A DNA stretch of 64,000 nt from Heptranchias perlo (GCF_035084215.1 NC_090326.1:60636001-60700000); one strand, 5' to 3'. Counted from the first letter of the stretch, positions 13,590 to 26,619 are shown. Notes: generated by a model from the sequence alone, not told the origin. Program-made: numbers and translations.

Positions 13590-13932
13590 TCTCCTGAAGG
13601 AATGTAGCTCCTTGCTGGGTACAATTCCACAGGCACAGGTCACCATACAGTAGTATGCCTAAGTGGCCTTTGGCAGCTAGAGGTGGCAAACTACGTGACC
13701 ATGAGGACCATGCCAGCCAAGCTTAATCCTGACTTGATGCTCACACACAGCTTCCAGCATTGAAGAGCAGGGGCTCTGGCTGATTTTGTTTCCCTTCCCT
13801 AACGTAGAGTTGCTAGGATCAATTGTAGAGCCTGACTAAGATAACTAACTCAGCACAGACTGAGGATCAAACTTAATCAAATTTGGTCTGTATGGCTCAG
13901 TTTACTCACTAGATAAACTTGCTGATCCATTA
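13590..13932 (-). mobile_element. Probable decayed tRNA-derived SINE
   Basis: Minus strand starts with a tRNA-like head (CTGAGCCATACAGACC...GTTTGATCCTCAGTCTGTGCTGAGTTAG); family not identified. Confidence 0.4.
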
Positions 13933-15851
13933 GGAGAGTACAGAGGATAAGATTTTAATTCATTGAATGCTGGAGAAAAGATTTAGAAATTATGCAAGTG
14001 CTCAATACATTCTCCACAGGATTTCAACAAAGGTCTCAAAAATTGGCCTCTGAGATCCTAAATTTTAAAGCATACTTTTGCATAAATTTTTACTGACCCC
14101 AATTATAACCTAATGAGCAAAAAAAAAGTTGTGTTCTTTTGACAGCTGGGGCTAACAGTTCTTCAATAATGAATAATTTGTGACATAATAGGCCAAAATG
14201 AGGCTCTGAAACCACCAGACTTGGCATATTGGATATTGTCAGTGCGTTTGCTGTATCAAAGTTACCAACATAAGAAATTGTTTTTTCCCAGGATGTTCTG
14301 TCCTTGGGTGGAATGGGGGATGAAGCTCACTCAAAATCTTTTGGCTTTAAATCAGTTAGAGATGTACTGTACTGTTATATGTAAAATCCACAGAATCAGG
14401 GTTGTCCTTCGAAAAATGGACCATTGACAGGCAACTAACTGTTATTCTGAACACAGGCCCTGAAGAGCAATTAAACAAAGCTTTAAGAAATGTATCCACG
14501 TTTATTACTGATATAAACTGTGTCCTCTCTTTCACCTCTTCTTTGCCCCTTTCATTGGCATGAAAACAACTCATTCTTTGGGCATTAATTAATACAATAA
14601 ATTTTGCAACTGAAATAAGCTGAGATGTGTGGAAAAAATCAAACCTTTGCTGCTTATAATCATCTCATTTATTTTAAGTGTCTTTTCAAGTTGGGTAACA
14701 TTTGTAATGAGTTGTTGGTTTAATGGCAAAGCAATAAAAGCTGATTCCTGAAATGTACACCTCCATATTGTTATGAATTTCTTACCCAGCTGTTGGGTTG
14801 TGACAGACAGGCAGCAGATTGTCAGTTTTTTTGTTCTGTCTGTCACACTACACTTACCTCCTGATGCTCGAAGTAATCAATACCGGACTGAAATCACCTA
14901 CCACTACCTCTGCTACTCCTATTTTGTCCAGTCATAAATTATGAATCCCCGCACAACATCAAGTATAAAATTTCTATTGCATTTGCTAATCATTGATCAA
15001 TAATTCAGAGGCCTCTCCTCTTCAAGGGTCCTCGGTTTCCTGGAACATATGGTGCAGACCTGACAGCATTCAGGAAGCAATTCCCTTATCACAAAGGTAG
15101 CAAGGGAAAACAAGTTGTTTAAAGTTGTTTTTCTAAGGCTGACTTTTGTTCCCCCCATGTTAGGTTTAATGACTGCACAACCACAGTAGCTGCAGTGTAT
15201 GTAACAGCAGTGTAATTTACAGTTGTTCTAGCACTAGCCTCTGCAGTTATTAGCAGTTTGAAGGCTTGTCTTCAGCACAGAGACTCTCCCAAATGCTTCA
15301 AATAGGGACTTTACCTAGCTGGTCATTTCAAGCAAGAAATATTCACAGCCAATAATTCCCCAAGCATATTTATTGCTTTTATTTCCTGAGTCACGTGACA
15401 TATCATCTATGGACAAGCAAATACAACTATATCATGTAAGCATTTGAAAATCAAGATTGTTACTGCTTTCCTGTTGGTTGCACAGGGATTCATGGTTGTG
15501 ATAAATGACACATCTAACAATGAGGCACTAATGAATGGGAAAGATGTCTATTTATTGAAGGTGTAGCACAGAAGTCCCTGTTTTGGTGCGAGGGCAGGTG
15601 GTGATAGAACAAGCAACTCTAGCCTAAAGTTTTGTCGATTATAACTTTAATGCCTCAGAGGCTGCAGTAATGTTTCTTCGTCAATTCCAAAATAATGCAA
15701 GGTCACATAAGGTATTAACATTTTTTTCTCAAATTAGACTACAGATACAGGCATGCTCTTTGCTGTCATCTGTTCTGACTTAGAGCAGGCAGATGCTTGC
15801 AGTTTTAACAACCAGTTGATTTTTATGCTCCGTTTGCCATGATCGTTAAAT

Positions 15852-16748
15852 ATAGAATCATAGAATCATAGAAGTTTACAACATGGAAACAGGCCCTTCG
15901 GCCCAACATGTCCATGTCGCCCAGTTTATACCACTAAGCTAATCCCAATTGCCTGCACTTGGCACATATCCCTCTATACCCATCTTACCCATGTAACTGT
16001 CCAAATGCTTTTTAAAAGACAAAATTGTACCCGCCTCTACTACTGCCTCTGGCAGCTCGTTCCAGACACTCACCACCCTTTGAGTGAAAAAATTGCCCCT
16101 CTGGGCCCTTTTGTATCTCTCCCCTCTCACCTTAAATCTATGCCCCCTCGTTATAGACTCCCCTACCTTTGGGAAAAGATTTTGACTATCTACCTTATCT
16201 ATGCCCCTCATTATTTTATAGACTTCTATAAGATCACCCTTAAACCTCCTACTCTCCAGGGAAAAAAGTCTCAGTCTATCCAACCTCTCCCTATAAGTCA
16301 AATCATCAAGTCCCGGCAGCATCCTAGTAAATCTTTTCTGCACTCTTTCTAGTTTAATAATATCCTTTCTATAATAGGGTGACCAGAACTGTACACAGTA
16401 TTCCAAGTGTGGCCTTACTAATGTCTTGTACAACTTCAACAAGACATCCCAACTCCTGTATTCAATGTTCTGACCAATGAAACCAAGCATGCTGAATGCC
16501 TTCTTCACCACCCTATCCACCTGTGACTCCACTTTCAAGGAGCTATGAACCTGTACTCCTAGATCTCTTTGTTCTATAACTCTCCCCAACGCCCTACCAT
16601 TAACGGAATAGGTCCTGGCCCGATTCGATCTACCAAAATGCATCACCTCACATTTATCTAAATTAAACTCCATCTGCCATTCATCGGCCCACTGGCCCAA
16701 TTTATCAAGATCCCGTTGCAATCCTAGATAACCTTCTTCACTGTCCAT
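15852..16748 (-). mobile_element. Young 5'-truncated CR1 LINE, ORF2 C-terminus intact (269 aa)
   Basis: Uninterrupted ORF 15939-16748 (LQRDLDKLGQWADEWQMEFN...[17 protein letters not shown]...FFTQRVVSVWNELP); (ATTCTATG)n tail at ~15852-15872. Confidence 0.96.
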
Positions 16749-17710
16749 GATCTGGATCAGGATTGGAACTGTTTTGGGTGCACTGACACTTGTTTTGAGA
16801 GGAGTTGAATTTGCAGCCTACTACTCCCAGATCTGTTTTTCCCCCCTAAAATCATGCTTGGACAAGAAATAGTGTCATTTACTATTCTCAGCCCTGTTTC
16901 TTCCCATAGAAAATAAACAAAAACAGTTACATTGAGTTTACAGCACAAGAACAGGCCATTTGGCCAACTGGTCTATGCCGACATTTATGCTACGCATGAG
17001 CCTACTTCCGCCCCACTTTTGTTTAACCCAATCAGCATGCTCTTCTATTCCTTTCTCCCTCATGTGCTTATCTAGCTTCTTCTTAAATGTATCAATGCTT
17101 TTTGCCTCAACTACTCCTTGTGGTAACGCATTCCACACGCTTACCATTCTTTGGGTAAGGAAGTTTCTCCTGAATTCCCCATTGGATTGATTAGTCACTA
17201 TCTTATATTTATGACCTCTAGTTTTGGACTCCGCCACAAGTGGAAACATTGGGGAAAAAATTGGATAGGGGCTGTTTTTGGGTGTAGGTAGCGTGATGTG
17301 CTATTACCCCGTGCCCAACGGCCCCTGTACAGGCAAGACGCAAGTTTCGGCCCACCCGAGGACTCGCCTGTAATTAGCGTTCCATTCCAGGCCTTGCATG
17401 TGGAATCAATGCAATTCACACTTTCTACCACCAGGGGAGCTCAATCTCTTAAAGGGAGGATGTTTCTTAGAAATCTCTTAAGGTAGCTGGTACCTATTAT
17501 TTGCTGAAAATAACAGTCCATTGTCTGCACGGAGTCTGAACGGAGATCAGACATCGCACATGCAAAACAGATGCAAACTCCATCCCTAAGTTTACACACT
17601 GATGAGTTATTTTAAAACATTTAAATAAGGTTGCACACTACTAAATCCCACAACCTCCAATCTGCATGCCAGACCTCACCAATCTGCTAATCTGAGTTGG
17701 TACCAGGCCT

Positions 17711-18226
17711 GTGAGAGTCCATGCACCAAGGTTCTCTGCTGATGCACTAGAGACCTTGACGCAAGAGGTGGACAGAAGGAGAGATCCTATATCCGAGGTG
17801 GGGAGGCGGGGGCAGCAAGAGGCCCACCAGACATGTATCCAAAAGGCAGTGGGGGGCAGCGAGGGACAAAGTCAATGCCAGGTGCACAGCATCATGAACA
17901 TGGATACAATGCAGGAAGAAGTTCAATGCTTTGACATGAGTGGTCAAGGTGAGTGAGTTCAACTGTCAAGTGGTGTCTCCTACCAACTGCACTACGCACT
18001 ACATCATCCACATACCAACAAACTCTTTTCCTCAGTACTCAACTCTTCCAACCAGATGTTTCCTCTCACCCTTACACATTACCACTGTTGCAAGCCGCCC
18101 ACCCACAACTCACAGGCCACACACACTGGCAGGTATTCAACCATGACAGGCACATCACCCAGACACACGTCCCGCTTTCTAGCAGGAGAAGGTGGCGCAT
18201 AACAGGAGGCAGCAAGTGGCAATGGC
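17711..18226 (+). pseudogene. Harbinger Myb/SANT-like DNA-binding protein gene remnant (two exons, intron ~17949-18185)
   Basis: RVHAPRFSADALETLTQEVDRRRD, then after a frameshift KRQWGAARDKVNARCTAS*TWIQCRKKFNALT*VVK; donor AAG|GTGAGT; acceptor TTTCTAGCAG| followed by EKVAHNRRQQ. This matches the trihelix Myb/SANT (NAIF1-like) pattern. Confidence 0.82.
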
Positions 18227-18460
18227 ATTTAGCCCCTTGAGCCTGTTCCACCATTCAATGAGATCATGGTGGACCTGTCACCTCACTCCATATACCCGCC
18301 TTAGCCCCATATCCCTTAATACCCTTGGTTCTATTAATCTCAGATTTAACATTCACAAGTGAGTTAGCATCAACTGCCATCTGCGTGTAGAAGCATTTCC
18401 TAACTTCACTCCTGCACGTCCTGGCTCTAAATGTTAGGCTATGTCCCTGCGTCCTAGTAT
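18225..18460 (-). mobile_element. CR1 3' fragment nested inside the Harbinger element
   Basis: Peptide TQGHSLTFRARTCRSEVRKCFYTQ...KGIKGYGAKAGIWS, typical CR1 C-terminus plus 3' UTR. Confidence 0.75.
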
Positions 18461-21145
18461 TCAAGTGTAGGACGCCTCCAAAAACAGTTGTAAATGTCTG
18501 GGCAGCCAGAAACAATAATCCAGCCACTAACCTGTAAATCCTGTATTGTCCCTTCAAACGGTGCTGGTGGGGGCTCTTCCAGGCACTCTAAGACACATTC
18601 AGATGGTTTGGGTTAAGACTATGCGTAGAGTTGAGCGTTAAGTCCCAAAATGGTGTTTATCACTTTAAATCAGCATTGCACACTGATTGAAGCCATTTTC
18701 TCCCTACTTTACATGATTCCAGCATTCGTTATCTGCGCCTGCACTAACTCCTACACCAAGATGGCGTCACGCTGGAAACGTGCGTGCGCATCCAAGACGC
18801 CATCTTGGATGTCAAAGAGGCGCTACATGGCTCAATTTAGTGCCCATCTTCTCTACGTCTACCCTATCAAACCCTTTCATTATCTTGAAGACCTCTATCG
18901 GGTCACCCTCTCTTTTCTAGAGAAAAGAGCCCCAGCCTGTTCAGCCTTTCCTGATAAGTATATCCTCTTAGTTCTGGTATCATCCTTGTGAATCTTTTTT
19001 TGCACCTTCTCCAATGCCTCTATATCCTTTTTTTAATATGGAGACCAGAACTGTGCACAATACTACAAGTGTGGTCTATCCAAGGTTCTATACAAGTTTA
19101 ATATAACTTCTCTGCTTTTCAATTCTATCTCTCTAGAAATGAATCCCAATGCTTGGCATGTCTTTTTTATGGCCTTATTAACCTGTGTCGCTACTTTTAG
19201 TATTTTGTGGATCTGTACCTCTAGGTCTCTTTGCTCTTCTACCTCATTTAGACTCTTATTATCCAAGCAGTATGTGGCCCCCTTATTCTTTCTACCAAAA
19301 TGCACCACCTCACACTTTTCTATATTGAAACTCATTAACCAATTACATGCCCATTCTACAAGTTTATTAATGTCCTCTTGCATTTTGATGCATTTTCCTT
19401 TGTATTAACTATAATCCCCAAGTTAGTGTCATTCGTAAATTTTGAAATTGTATTGAGTCTAAATCGTTAATGTAAATTGTGAACAACAGTGGTCCCAGCA
19501 CCGATCCCTGTGGAACACGACTTCCCACCTTTTGCCAGTCTAAGTAACTACCCTTACCGCTTTTTCTCTGTTTTCTAGCCAGCTTGCTATCCATTCTGCT
19601 ATTTGTCCCCTGAATCCACATGCTCTGACCTTAGTCATGAGTCTACAATACACTACCTTATCGAAGGTCTTTTGAAAATCCAAATACATTACATCTACTG
19701 CATTACCCTTGTCTACTCTTTCTGTTACTTCTTCATTAATGAATGTTAAAGAATTCAATAAGATTAGTCAAGCATGACTTTCCCTTTTGAAATCCGTGCT
19801 GACTATTCTTTATTATATTTTCATTTTCTAGATGTTTTTCTGTTACATCTTTGAGTAAAGATTCCATTTTCTTTCCTACCACTGATGTTAAACTAATTGG
19901 TCTATAGTTCTCTGGACTTGTTCTATCTCCCTTTTAAAATATAGGAATGACATTAGCTGTCTGCCAGTCCTCTGCGCTATTCCCTTTTCTAATAAATTTT
20001 TATATATAGTGCCTCTGCTATCCCTTCCCTAACTTCTTTAATAAGTGCAGATGCAATCCATCTGAAGCAAGGTTTTTATCCTCTTAGTTTGATTAGTTTA
20101 TCCAGTCGGACATCAGCTATTTGTAAATGTTCTAGTCCCAACCTGATGACAATTCAAAGCAGACCATCAATGCCAGTGTGAATGAGATGGAAAACTTATC
20201 TAAACTGTCATATTCTTACACTGAGTATCACATGCACCTGTGGACTGGACTGGTTCAAACATGCACAACGTACTGCATCATGACAACTTCATTTTTATGT
20301 TAATCTGCTTATATCATCTTAAAGTGGTTGAATTAAGTCCAAACTAAGCTGGTTCCAAGCTTGAGCTTGCAACATGGATTCAAAGCATTGATTGAGGAAT
20401 ATCCTGAATGAAAAGCTCAACATTTGGTTTCTGGAGGTAGGTTTAGCAAATATATATAGAGAGAATAATAATAGATAACCAGGATAAATCTCAGACATAG
20501 GTATATATTGTTTCTTGGCTTCCACTCATGAACCCAGAAACTCCCAAATCAACGAGAAGCCCCAGACATACCTGTAAATCACAATCAACTATATGTTGTT
20601 CAGTATAGTGTCCACAAGAGATATATGATTCTCATTTCAGTCTGTGTAAAGTGACCTGTCCTCTGTCAGAGAGAACTATCTGCACAGGAGAGAACCTTGA
20701 TAAGGAAAAACAACGGACGTGTGATGTCACAGCCGCAATAAAACAATGGGTATCTGATGTCAGAGGTGCAAAATTACAGACAAACTATCTGCGCTATTCT
20801 GACAAGTGAATGTACAGTTTACTGGGGTATCATTTTCAGAGAATACAGGGGTAAAATACCTATTATATATTATTGATATTTTTTTGTAATTAGATAATCA
20901 ATGATGTAATTGTCATCAAGCTAGTCAGTATGGCTATGGTGCGGTGCTATGCACAAATCTGATGTGATCACTTGGTCCTCATCTGAAGAAGATTGGTAAC
21001 ATCATTACAGTTACAAAACAAACACGGGTGTATTTTTGACCTTCAGTTTACTGATATACAATATCTGAAAATGTAATCTGATTAAACAAGTTCATTCTGC
21101 CTAACGTTAATGCTGCTGCCACTTGACTACCCTTTCTACATTATA

Positions 21146-21349
21146 GGGTAGATTTTATAAAATATGACCGGAAGCAGAAATGTATATTGGAAATTTGGGC
21201 CCAGAGGCCAGTGAACCTCTCAAGATTTTCCATTAAATTGAATGGACGGAAAATCCTGCTGGGCTGCTGACCTCCACGCCCAAATTACCAATATGCGATG
21301 CCAAAAGGTGAAACTCCACGCCAAGAGCACAAATTTGTAAAACCTCCCC
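21146..21349. mobile_element. Palindromic MITE (GGGTAGATTTTA.AAA TIR family)
   Basis: TIRs GGGTAGATTTTATAAA / TTTGTAAAACCTCCCC; internal inverted arms ATATTGGAAATTTGGGC / GCCCAAATTACCAATAT. Confidence 0.65.
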
Positions 21350-21385
21350 TTAAAATTTCAGTCAGGGTAGCTCCAGTCACACAGA

Positions 21386-21560
21386 AAGGATAATTTTGAC
21401 ATTGGACGATGTGCGATATTGGCTCAGCCACCTGTCAAACACCTCCCTCGATTTTTGTTGCCGTTTAAGTCAAGGAAACAAAAATCAGGAGAGGTGTTTA
21501 AAGGGCAACCAAGCTGATATATTGCATTTTACACTATCGTTTAAAGTCAAAATTACCCCC
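21386..21560. mobile_element. Palindromic MITE
   Basis: GGATAATTTTGAC / GTCAAAATTACCCC termini; inner arms AAACACCTCC..GATTTTTGTT / AACAAAAATC..GAGAGGTGTTT. Confidence 0.65.
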
Positions 21561-22329
21561 AGTGCGTTGCACAATGCAATGCATTAACACATTGTAGTGT
21601 GGAGAGGTGGTATGATGCATGACCACTGTGTCCCACGTACAGTCCCTTTCCCAGTCAAGGTATTGGGGAAGGAGTAAAACCACAGAGTGAATTTCAGAGG
21701 ATAAATCAATCTGAATTGTTGCTCATTTGCATCTCTTAGCAACCAGAGCAAGAGTATCATTGTCAAAGGTTTGTGAACTAGTAAATAGCTTGAAGAGAGA
21801 AATTAATGGCGTCAGAGTATTCCTGTTAATAAATAAGGGAGAGACCATGACAAAGCAAAATACATATGGTCTGTTAGAAGAAGCAGACTTGATGGATTAT
21901 TTGTCCTTTTCTCACCCATTTTTCCCTGTCAGTTTTCTCCCCACTTCCCTCCCTTTCCTTTCCCCTCCTTTCCTAGCAGCATTGACTATTTACTGGAGTA
22001 TAGTTTTATGGGCATTGGATGCCTTCTGTTACCGTGCCAATTAGTAATTAATCATATAGAGATTGATAAGGACAACCGCCTTCTAAACCTTCAGTCAACT
22101 TTCTTATGCTTATCAGTTTACGTCAGGGAAGTAACTTATAAAATAGGAAGAAAAATAGAAGTGTATTGTGTAACAACGCCATTTACTTAGCATTACACTT
22201 TAAATACAATTAATTTGAGTCTGATTGGGAGTAATGAGCAACAAAAAGTGGATGTCAGCACTATGGGGGAGAAATTCAACTCAAAGCCATCCGTTCTGTG
22301 CCTGAAAAATGGCAGCAAGCAGTTCCAAA

Positions 22330-22530
22330 CATATGAGCGTGCGAAATTGACGGGCAGGAAAAGACCAGCTGGTCCATCAAGCCTGCCCCACACATCATGA
22401 TGGCTGAAGCATCAAGACTAGACACTTCCCACTCCACCCGCTCCCATCTAACAGAAAGAAAGACTTGTATTTATATAGTGCTTTTCATGACCTCAGGAAT
22501 TCCCAAAGCATTTTACCTCCAATGAAGTAT
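22330..22530 (-). mobile_element. LINE 3' tail remnant followed by an L2-type/SINE tail
   Basis: GGAAAAGACCAGCTGGTCCATCAAGCCTGCCCC (CR1-like 3' UTR); AGAAAGACTTGTATTTATATAGTGCTTTTCATGACCTCAGGA, similar to the tail at ~27453-27525. Confidence 0.55.
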
Positions 22531-22539
22531 GCAATCTCC

Positions 22540-23110
22540 TGGGAGAGGCAAAAAACTCTGGAAAATTCCTCTCCGACCAGTCCAGAAGTTGACATGCACC
22601 AAGTATTACCAAGTGAAAACCAAAGGAGCATCTCAGCTGTGCTTTGATGCCCAAGGCCAGTCTGATGCAATATTCAGGCGGGCCTGTAAATGGGCGCGTA
22701 ACCGGCCTGACTGAACCCCTGGGCGGTTGATTAAGTATGCAAATCGGGGTCCTACGCTGCTCGTATGACCCCAATTGGAAAATTCGGGTGCAAATGGGCA
22801 CAGCATGTGTCCTGCACACTCTGCCCAGGTGTTGAGCAGCCTAGCCAATGGTCCTTAAAGAGACTGCTGGAGGCCGCTCAAAAAATGGCCCAGGAAATTT
22901 TGAATTTGAGGAGTGCTCCTCCTGGGCCGACAAAAGAATTCCAACCTGCTGCTGACCCATTTAAGGCCTCCCCGGATCGTCTCCCCCCCCCCAGACCCAA
23001 CCTGCCAGCTGGCTCAGTGTGGGAGCAGGCTGATTTTCTACCCACCCACAGCCAATGAGCTGCAGTGGGGCACTCTACCAACTTTCAGGCAGAGGTTGAA
23101 TTTCTCGGCA
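22540..23110. mobile_element. Non-autonomous Harbinger-like element, decayed
   Basis: Shares TATGCAAATCGGGGTCC and TGCTCCTCCTGGGCC motifs with the TIR elements at 32.2, 55.6 and 62.6 kb. Confidence 0.5.
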
Positions 23111-23621
23111 TGTCACCGAACCAAATAGCTGTATAGATGAATCTGCACAACAAAGTTTAAATTATTAAAGTGAAATGAAATGAATTTGGCAACCAACATA
23201 TGAGCATATCAAATTTTCCATATACAAGCAGTGATTGTGGGGCATTAAAGCTTAAATATAATAGAGTGCAAGATGCTGAAAACTTATTTGTTAGATCCTT
23301 GTATCTTTTAGGGTGTCTTAAAGTAACCGTGCTATCATATTGTTGTATTTGCAGGTTGACTTTTTCTGTAACAACCAGGAACAGCCAGTTATGTTGGAGG
23401 ATGGAACAGTGCCACAGAAAGCACCATTGCTGCAGTTTGACTTTTTCCTGAACACCGTGTCCTTTAATCTCTTTTTTTAAGTACTGGTCACTACATTTGT
23501 TGTTTTGAGCAAATGGAGTGTTTCTGTGCATTCAGCAGGATAAGGGCTGAATGTTCTCCTGACCAGTGTATGAGGTGACAGGATAACCAACTAAAACAGC
23601 CCTCAGTACAGCACGATGTTT

Positions 23622-23805
23622 GAGGTAATTTGGACTTTGTGCGATAGTGTAAAACCGGTGATAGCGAATCGGCAGCCCGTTTTACATCTCTCCCTATTTT
23701 TATTTCCACCAACTTCAATGGAAATAAAAATTGGGAGAGATGTAAAACGAGCTGCCGATTCGCAATCACCCTTTTTACACTATTGCACAAAGTCCAAATC
23801 TACCC
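23622..23805. mobile_element. ~185 bp fully palindromic MITE
   Basis: Left and right ~85-bp arms are near reverse complements (TTTGGACTTTGTGCGATAGTGTAAAA... / ...TTTTACACTATTGCACAAAGTCCAAA); TTT on both flanks. Confidence 0.9.
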
Positions 23806-24256
23806 TTTTCAATTCCTGCTTTGAAAATTCGGAAAAAAAACGCACAGAAGTGATCTTTTTTGTATTCATAGGTGATAAAAGGGCCTTTCCCAGCTTGATC
23901 TAATATCAGTGGCTTACATCACATTGCACTGACCACACACAGTGAAGACACATAAGACAAATCACACAGATCCATGAACAAACACGTGTGCACGACAAAT
24001 GCACCAGCCTATCTTTACCTTCTACTAAGTTTTTCCAAAGATAATGTTCAGGACACCTCTTGACAAACCTCAGTGGAACAGCTGAATAATGGATAGGTAG
24101 GAGGGAGTTACAAGACAGTAACACAATCGAGGGGTTCATGTGGCATAAGAACCTGCAAGGGTGAAGTTCAAATGGTTTTATACATGTTACCTGAACTCTG
24201 AGCTTGTGTTACTGCTTTTGTCTCCATCCTACCTATGAGAAAATATGGACAATATA

Positions 24257-24405
24257 GGGTAGAATTTACAAATTCACACTCCCACTACCATTAACAGATA
24301 AAAGAAATCAGGCAGGTACCACTGACCTCTGTGCCCAAATTCCCCTATATGTGCTCCAGGCAGGTGAAGCTTTGAACTGGGAGTGCAAACTTGTAAAATC
24401 TACTC
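24257..24405. mobile_element. MITE related to 21146-21349
   Basis: TIRs GGGTAGAATTTACAAATTCACACTCCCA / TGGGAGTGCAAACTTGTAAAATCTACTC. Confidence 0.72.
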
Positions 24406-26419
24406 TTGTATATGCTTGTTGGCATTTAAAAGGACAACCTCCGATCATTATGGAGTGACATCAATGACGGGATATTCCAAACCTTTGTAACGTAAGCAGA
24501 ATAGATGATATCATTCACATGATTAATAGAAGGACATTGCAAGGTTTGTTTGTTTGCATGGGATACCCGATTATTAACTATTATATATGTATATATATAT
24601 TTATGCAACACTTTATTTAATGATAGAGCATAACATAAAAATTGAGATTTTAAACTCAATGCTGGCACCTTATTTATCTTTCCTACCTATGCAAGCTAAA
24701 CTTATATTTTTTAAAATGTGTGTACACACTGAAAGTATATACATGTATTACCATATTTGTTATGTCCCAACAGTAACAGTCAGCATTCACATCTCATACT
24801 TTAGCATTATGATTTTGGTTCAAGTAGGATATATTTCATAATATAACTGCTAAGTTTATGAATTGTTTCACTGATATGAATGGAGCAGAATCTATCTGTT
24901 TGGCCCAGTTTCCTGTATTAACAAACAGACACTGCCCTTACAATGTAGCATCTGCCTGTCTTAAGATACACAACTTTTCACCATTGCATCGATAGTGATC
25001 TGGCTCCACTATAAATGCAGTAGAATAATATTGAAAGTGGAAAAAAAGACATGTATAAATCATTCAGACCTTTCTCACAATGTTCAGAGAATTTCTGTCT
25101 TCAGAAGATTAAAATTGACAAATTTTAACACAAAAGAGAGTCGTTCTGACATCCAATAATCTTTGCTGCTTGAGTGAGCAGTAATGTCTACACGCATGAA
25201 AAATTAAAGTTGTTATTTTTTTACCTCAGCAAAGATGTCCCTGGTATTATGATCATAGCTAAACTGTCAGAATAATCAGTTGTTATAAAGTTCCAATGGC
25301 ATGTTTTCCAAGTAGAGTTGGATTACGAGGAAAGGATAACTTGCACAAATTTTGCATCACTCGGATTTCAGCAGATTAGTCATATTGGATGCTTTTCTCA
25401 GCTATACTTCAGTGAATTAAACAGTAAATAAATCTTACTTTACAACTGGAAACTTAGTTCCTAAATTATCAATATCTGCATTGTCTCAGTGTACTTTGAT
25501 CATTATTCATATATCCTTAATCAGCAGACATATGTATCCCCTGAAATTTGGTCACAGAAATGAGAAATCTGTATGTTGCCTGCATCTGGTTTTAATATAT
25601 TATAATGTATAAAGGAGTATTAATATTTGTACATAGGAGTATCAATATTTCTGTAAAATAACATTTTTTCTTATTAAAAACTTTTACTGCCAGCTGAACA
25701 CATTACAATCTTGAGGATGCATTACGTTACCAATATTCACTCTGCCACATGAAAAAAGGGCCAGACACAAAACTCAGCAACCACAGCCAATGGTCCTCGT
25801 TGTATCATACCTTCACAATCTTTGCTGCCACAAGACTAACAGCCAGTGGTTAGCAGTTTTTTGTCTGTATTGAACATCTGTCAATTTTCTGCTATGAATG
25901 TCTACCAACTTTCTTCTTTCTGATTGGTTAAGTGTGCACAATCATAGTCTGTGTTTTCTGCTTTGCAATTAGTCATTTTGTACCTTTGCTATCTGAAGTA
26001 AAAAATAATTGCCGAACCATAATTGCAGTTAAACAAATTTCTGTGAGATACCGTAGCAATTTCTACCCATCCCTTTCTATATGACCAAAAGTAATATTTC
26101 TAACATAATAAACCTAACATCAAAAATATACCTGCATGAGTAAATAACATGTGAATAACATAGCGTGCCAGACCATAGAGCTCCAGCAGAGAAAAGCAAT
26201 GCTTCCACTGCTGCACAACAATGGCGCAATTCCAAAATCAGATTTCTTAACTCCTGTGACTCCTTAGGATACATCTTATAAATTTGCACATCAAGGGCCT
26301 CAGCCACTAATGCACTCCTGACTGAGCACTGGTCCTCCCATTTTCCCAGCCTCCTCACTCATATTCATAACAGTCATTACTGTACAATGTAGGGATTAAT
26401 GACGAGGCAGAGGCTCCTT

Positions 26420-26606
26420 GGGGTAGATTTGGACTTCGTGCGATAGTGTAAAACGGGTGATAGTGAATCGGCACCCCATTTTACATCGCTCCCCATTTTT
26501 ATTGCCATTGAAGTCGGTGGAATTAAAAATTGGGAGAGGTGTAAAACGGGCTGCCGATTCGCTATCACCCGTTTTACACTAATGCACAAAATGAAAATCT
26601 AACCCC
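26420..26606. mobile_element. Second copy of the ~185 bp palindromic MITE
   Basis: Highly similar to 23622-23805 (core inverted); GGGGTAGATTT / AAATCTAACCCC; flanks CTT/TTG allow a 2-3 bp TSD. Confidence 0.9.
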
Positions 26607-26619
26607 TTGTCTTTCCCAT

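Larger units (their letters stand above)
17251..18845 (+). mobile_element. Internally deleted PIF/Harbinger DNA transposon
   Basis: Imperfect TIRs GGGGAAAAAATTGG / TCAATTTAGTGCCC; 3-bp flanks ATT/ATC; precisely interrupts a CR1; contains a Myb/SANT gene remnant. Confidence 0.85.
16936..20105 (-). mobile_element. CR1 LINE (16936-17250 and 18846-20105) split by a Harbinger element
   Basis: RT peptides [42 protein letters not shown]. The two halves rejoin as GGAAAC-ATCTTCTCTACGTCTACC, as in the uninterrupted copy at ~44911-44940. Confidence 0.92.

Noticed and set aside
23491-23903. ORFs on both strands with similar peptides (VIANRQxVLHLS)
   Set aside because: A consequence of the palindromic MITE, not genes.
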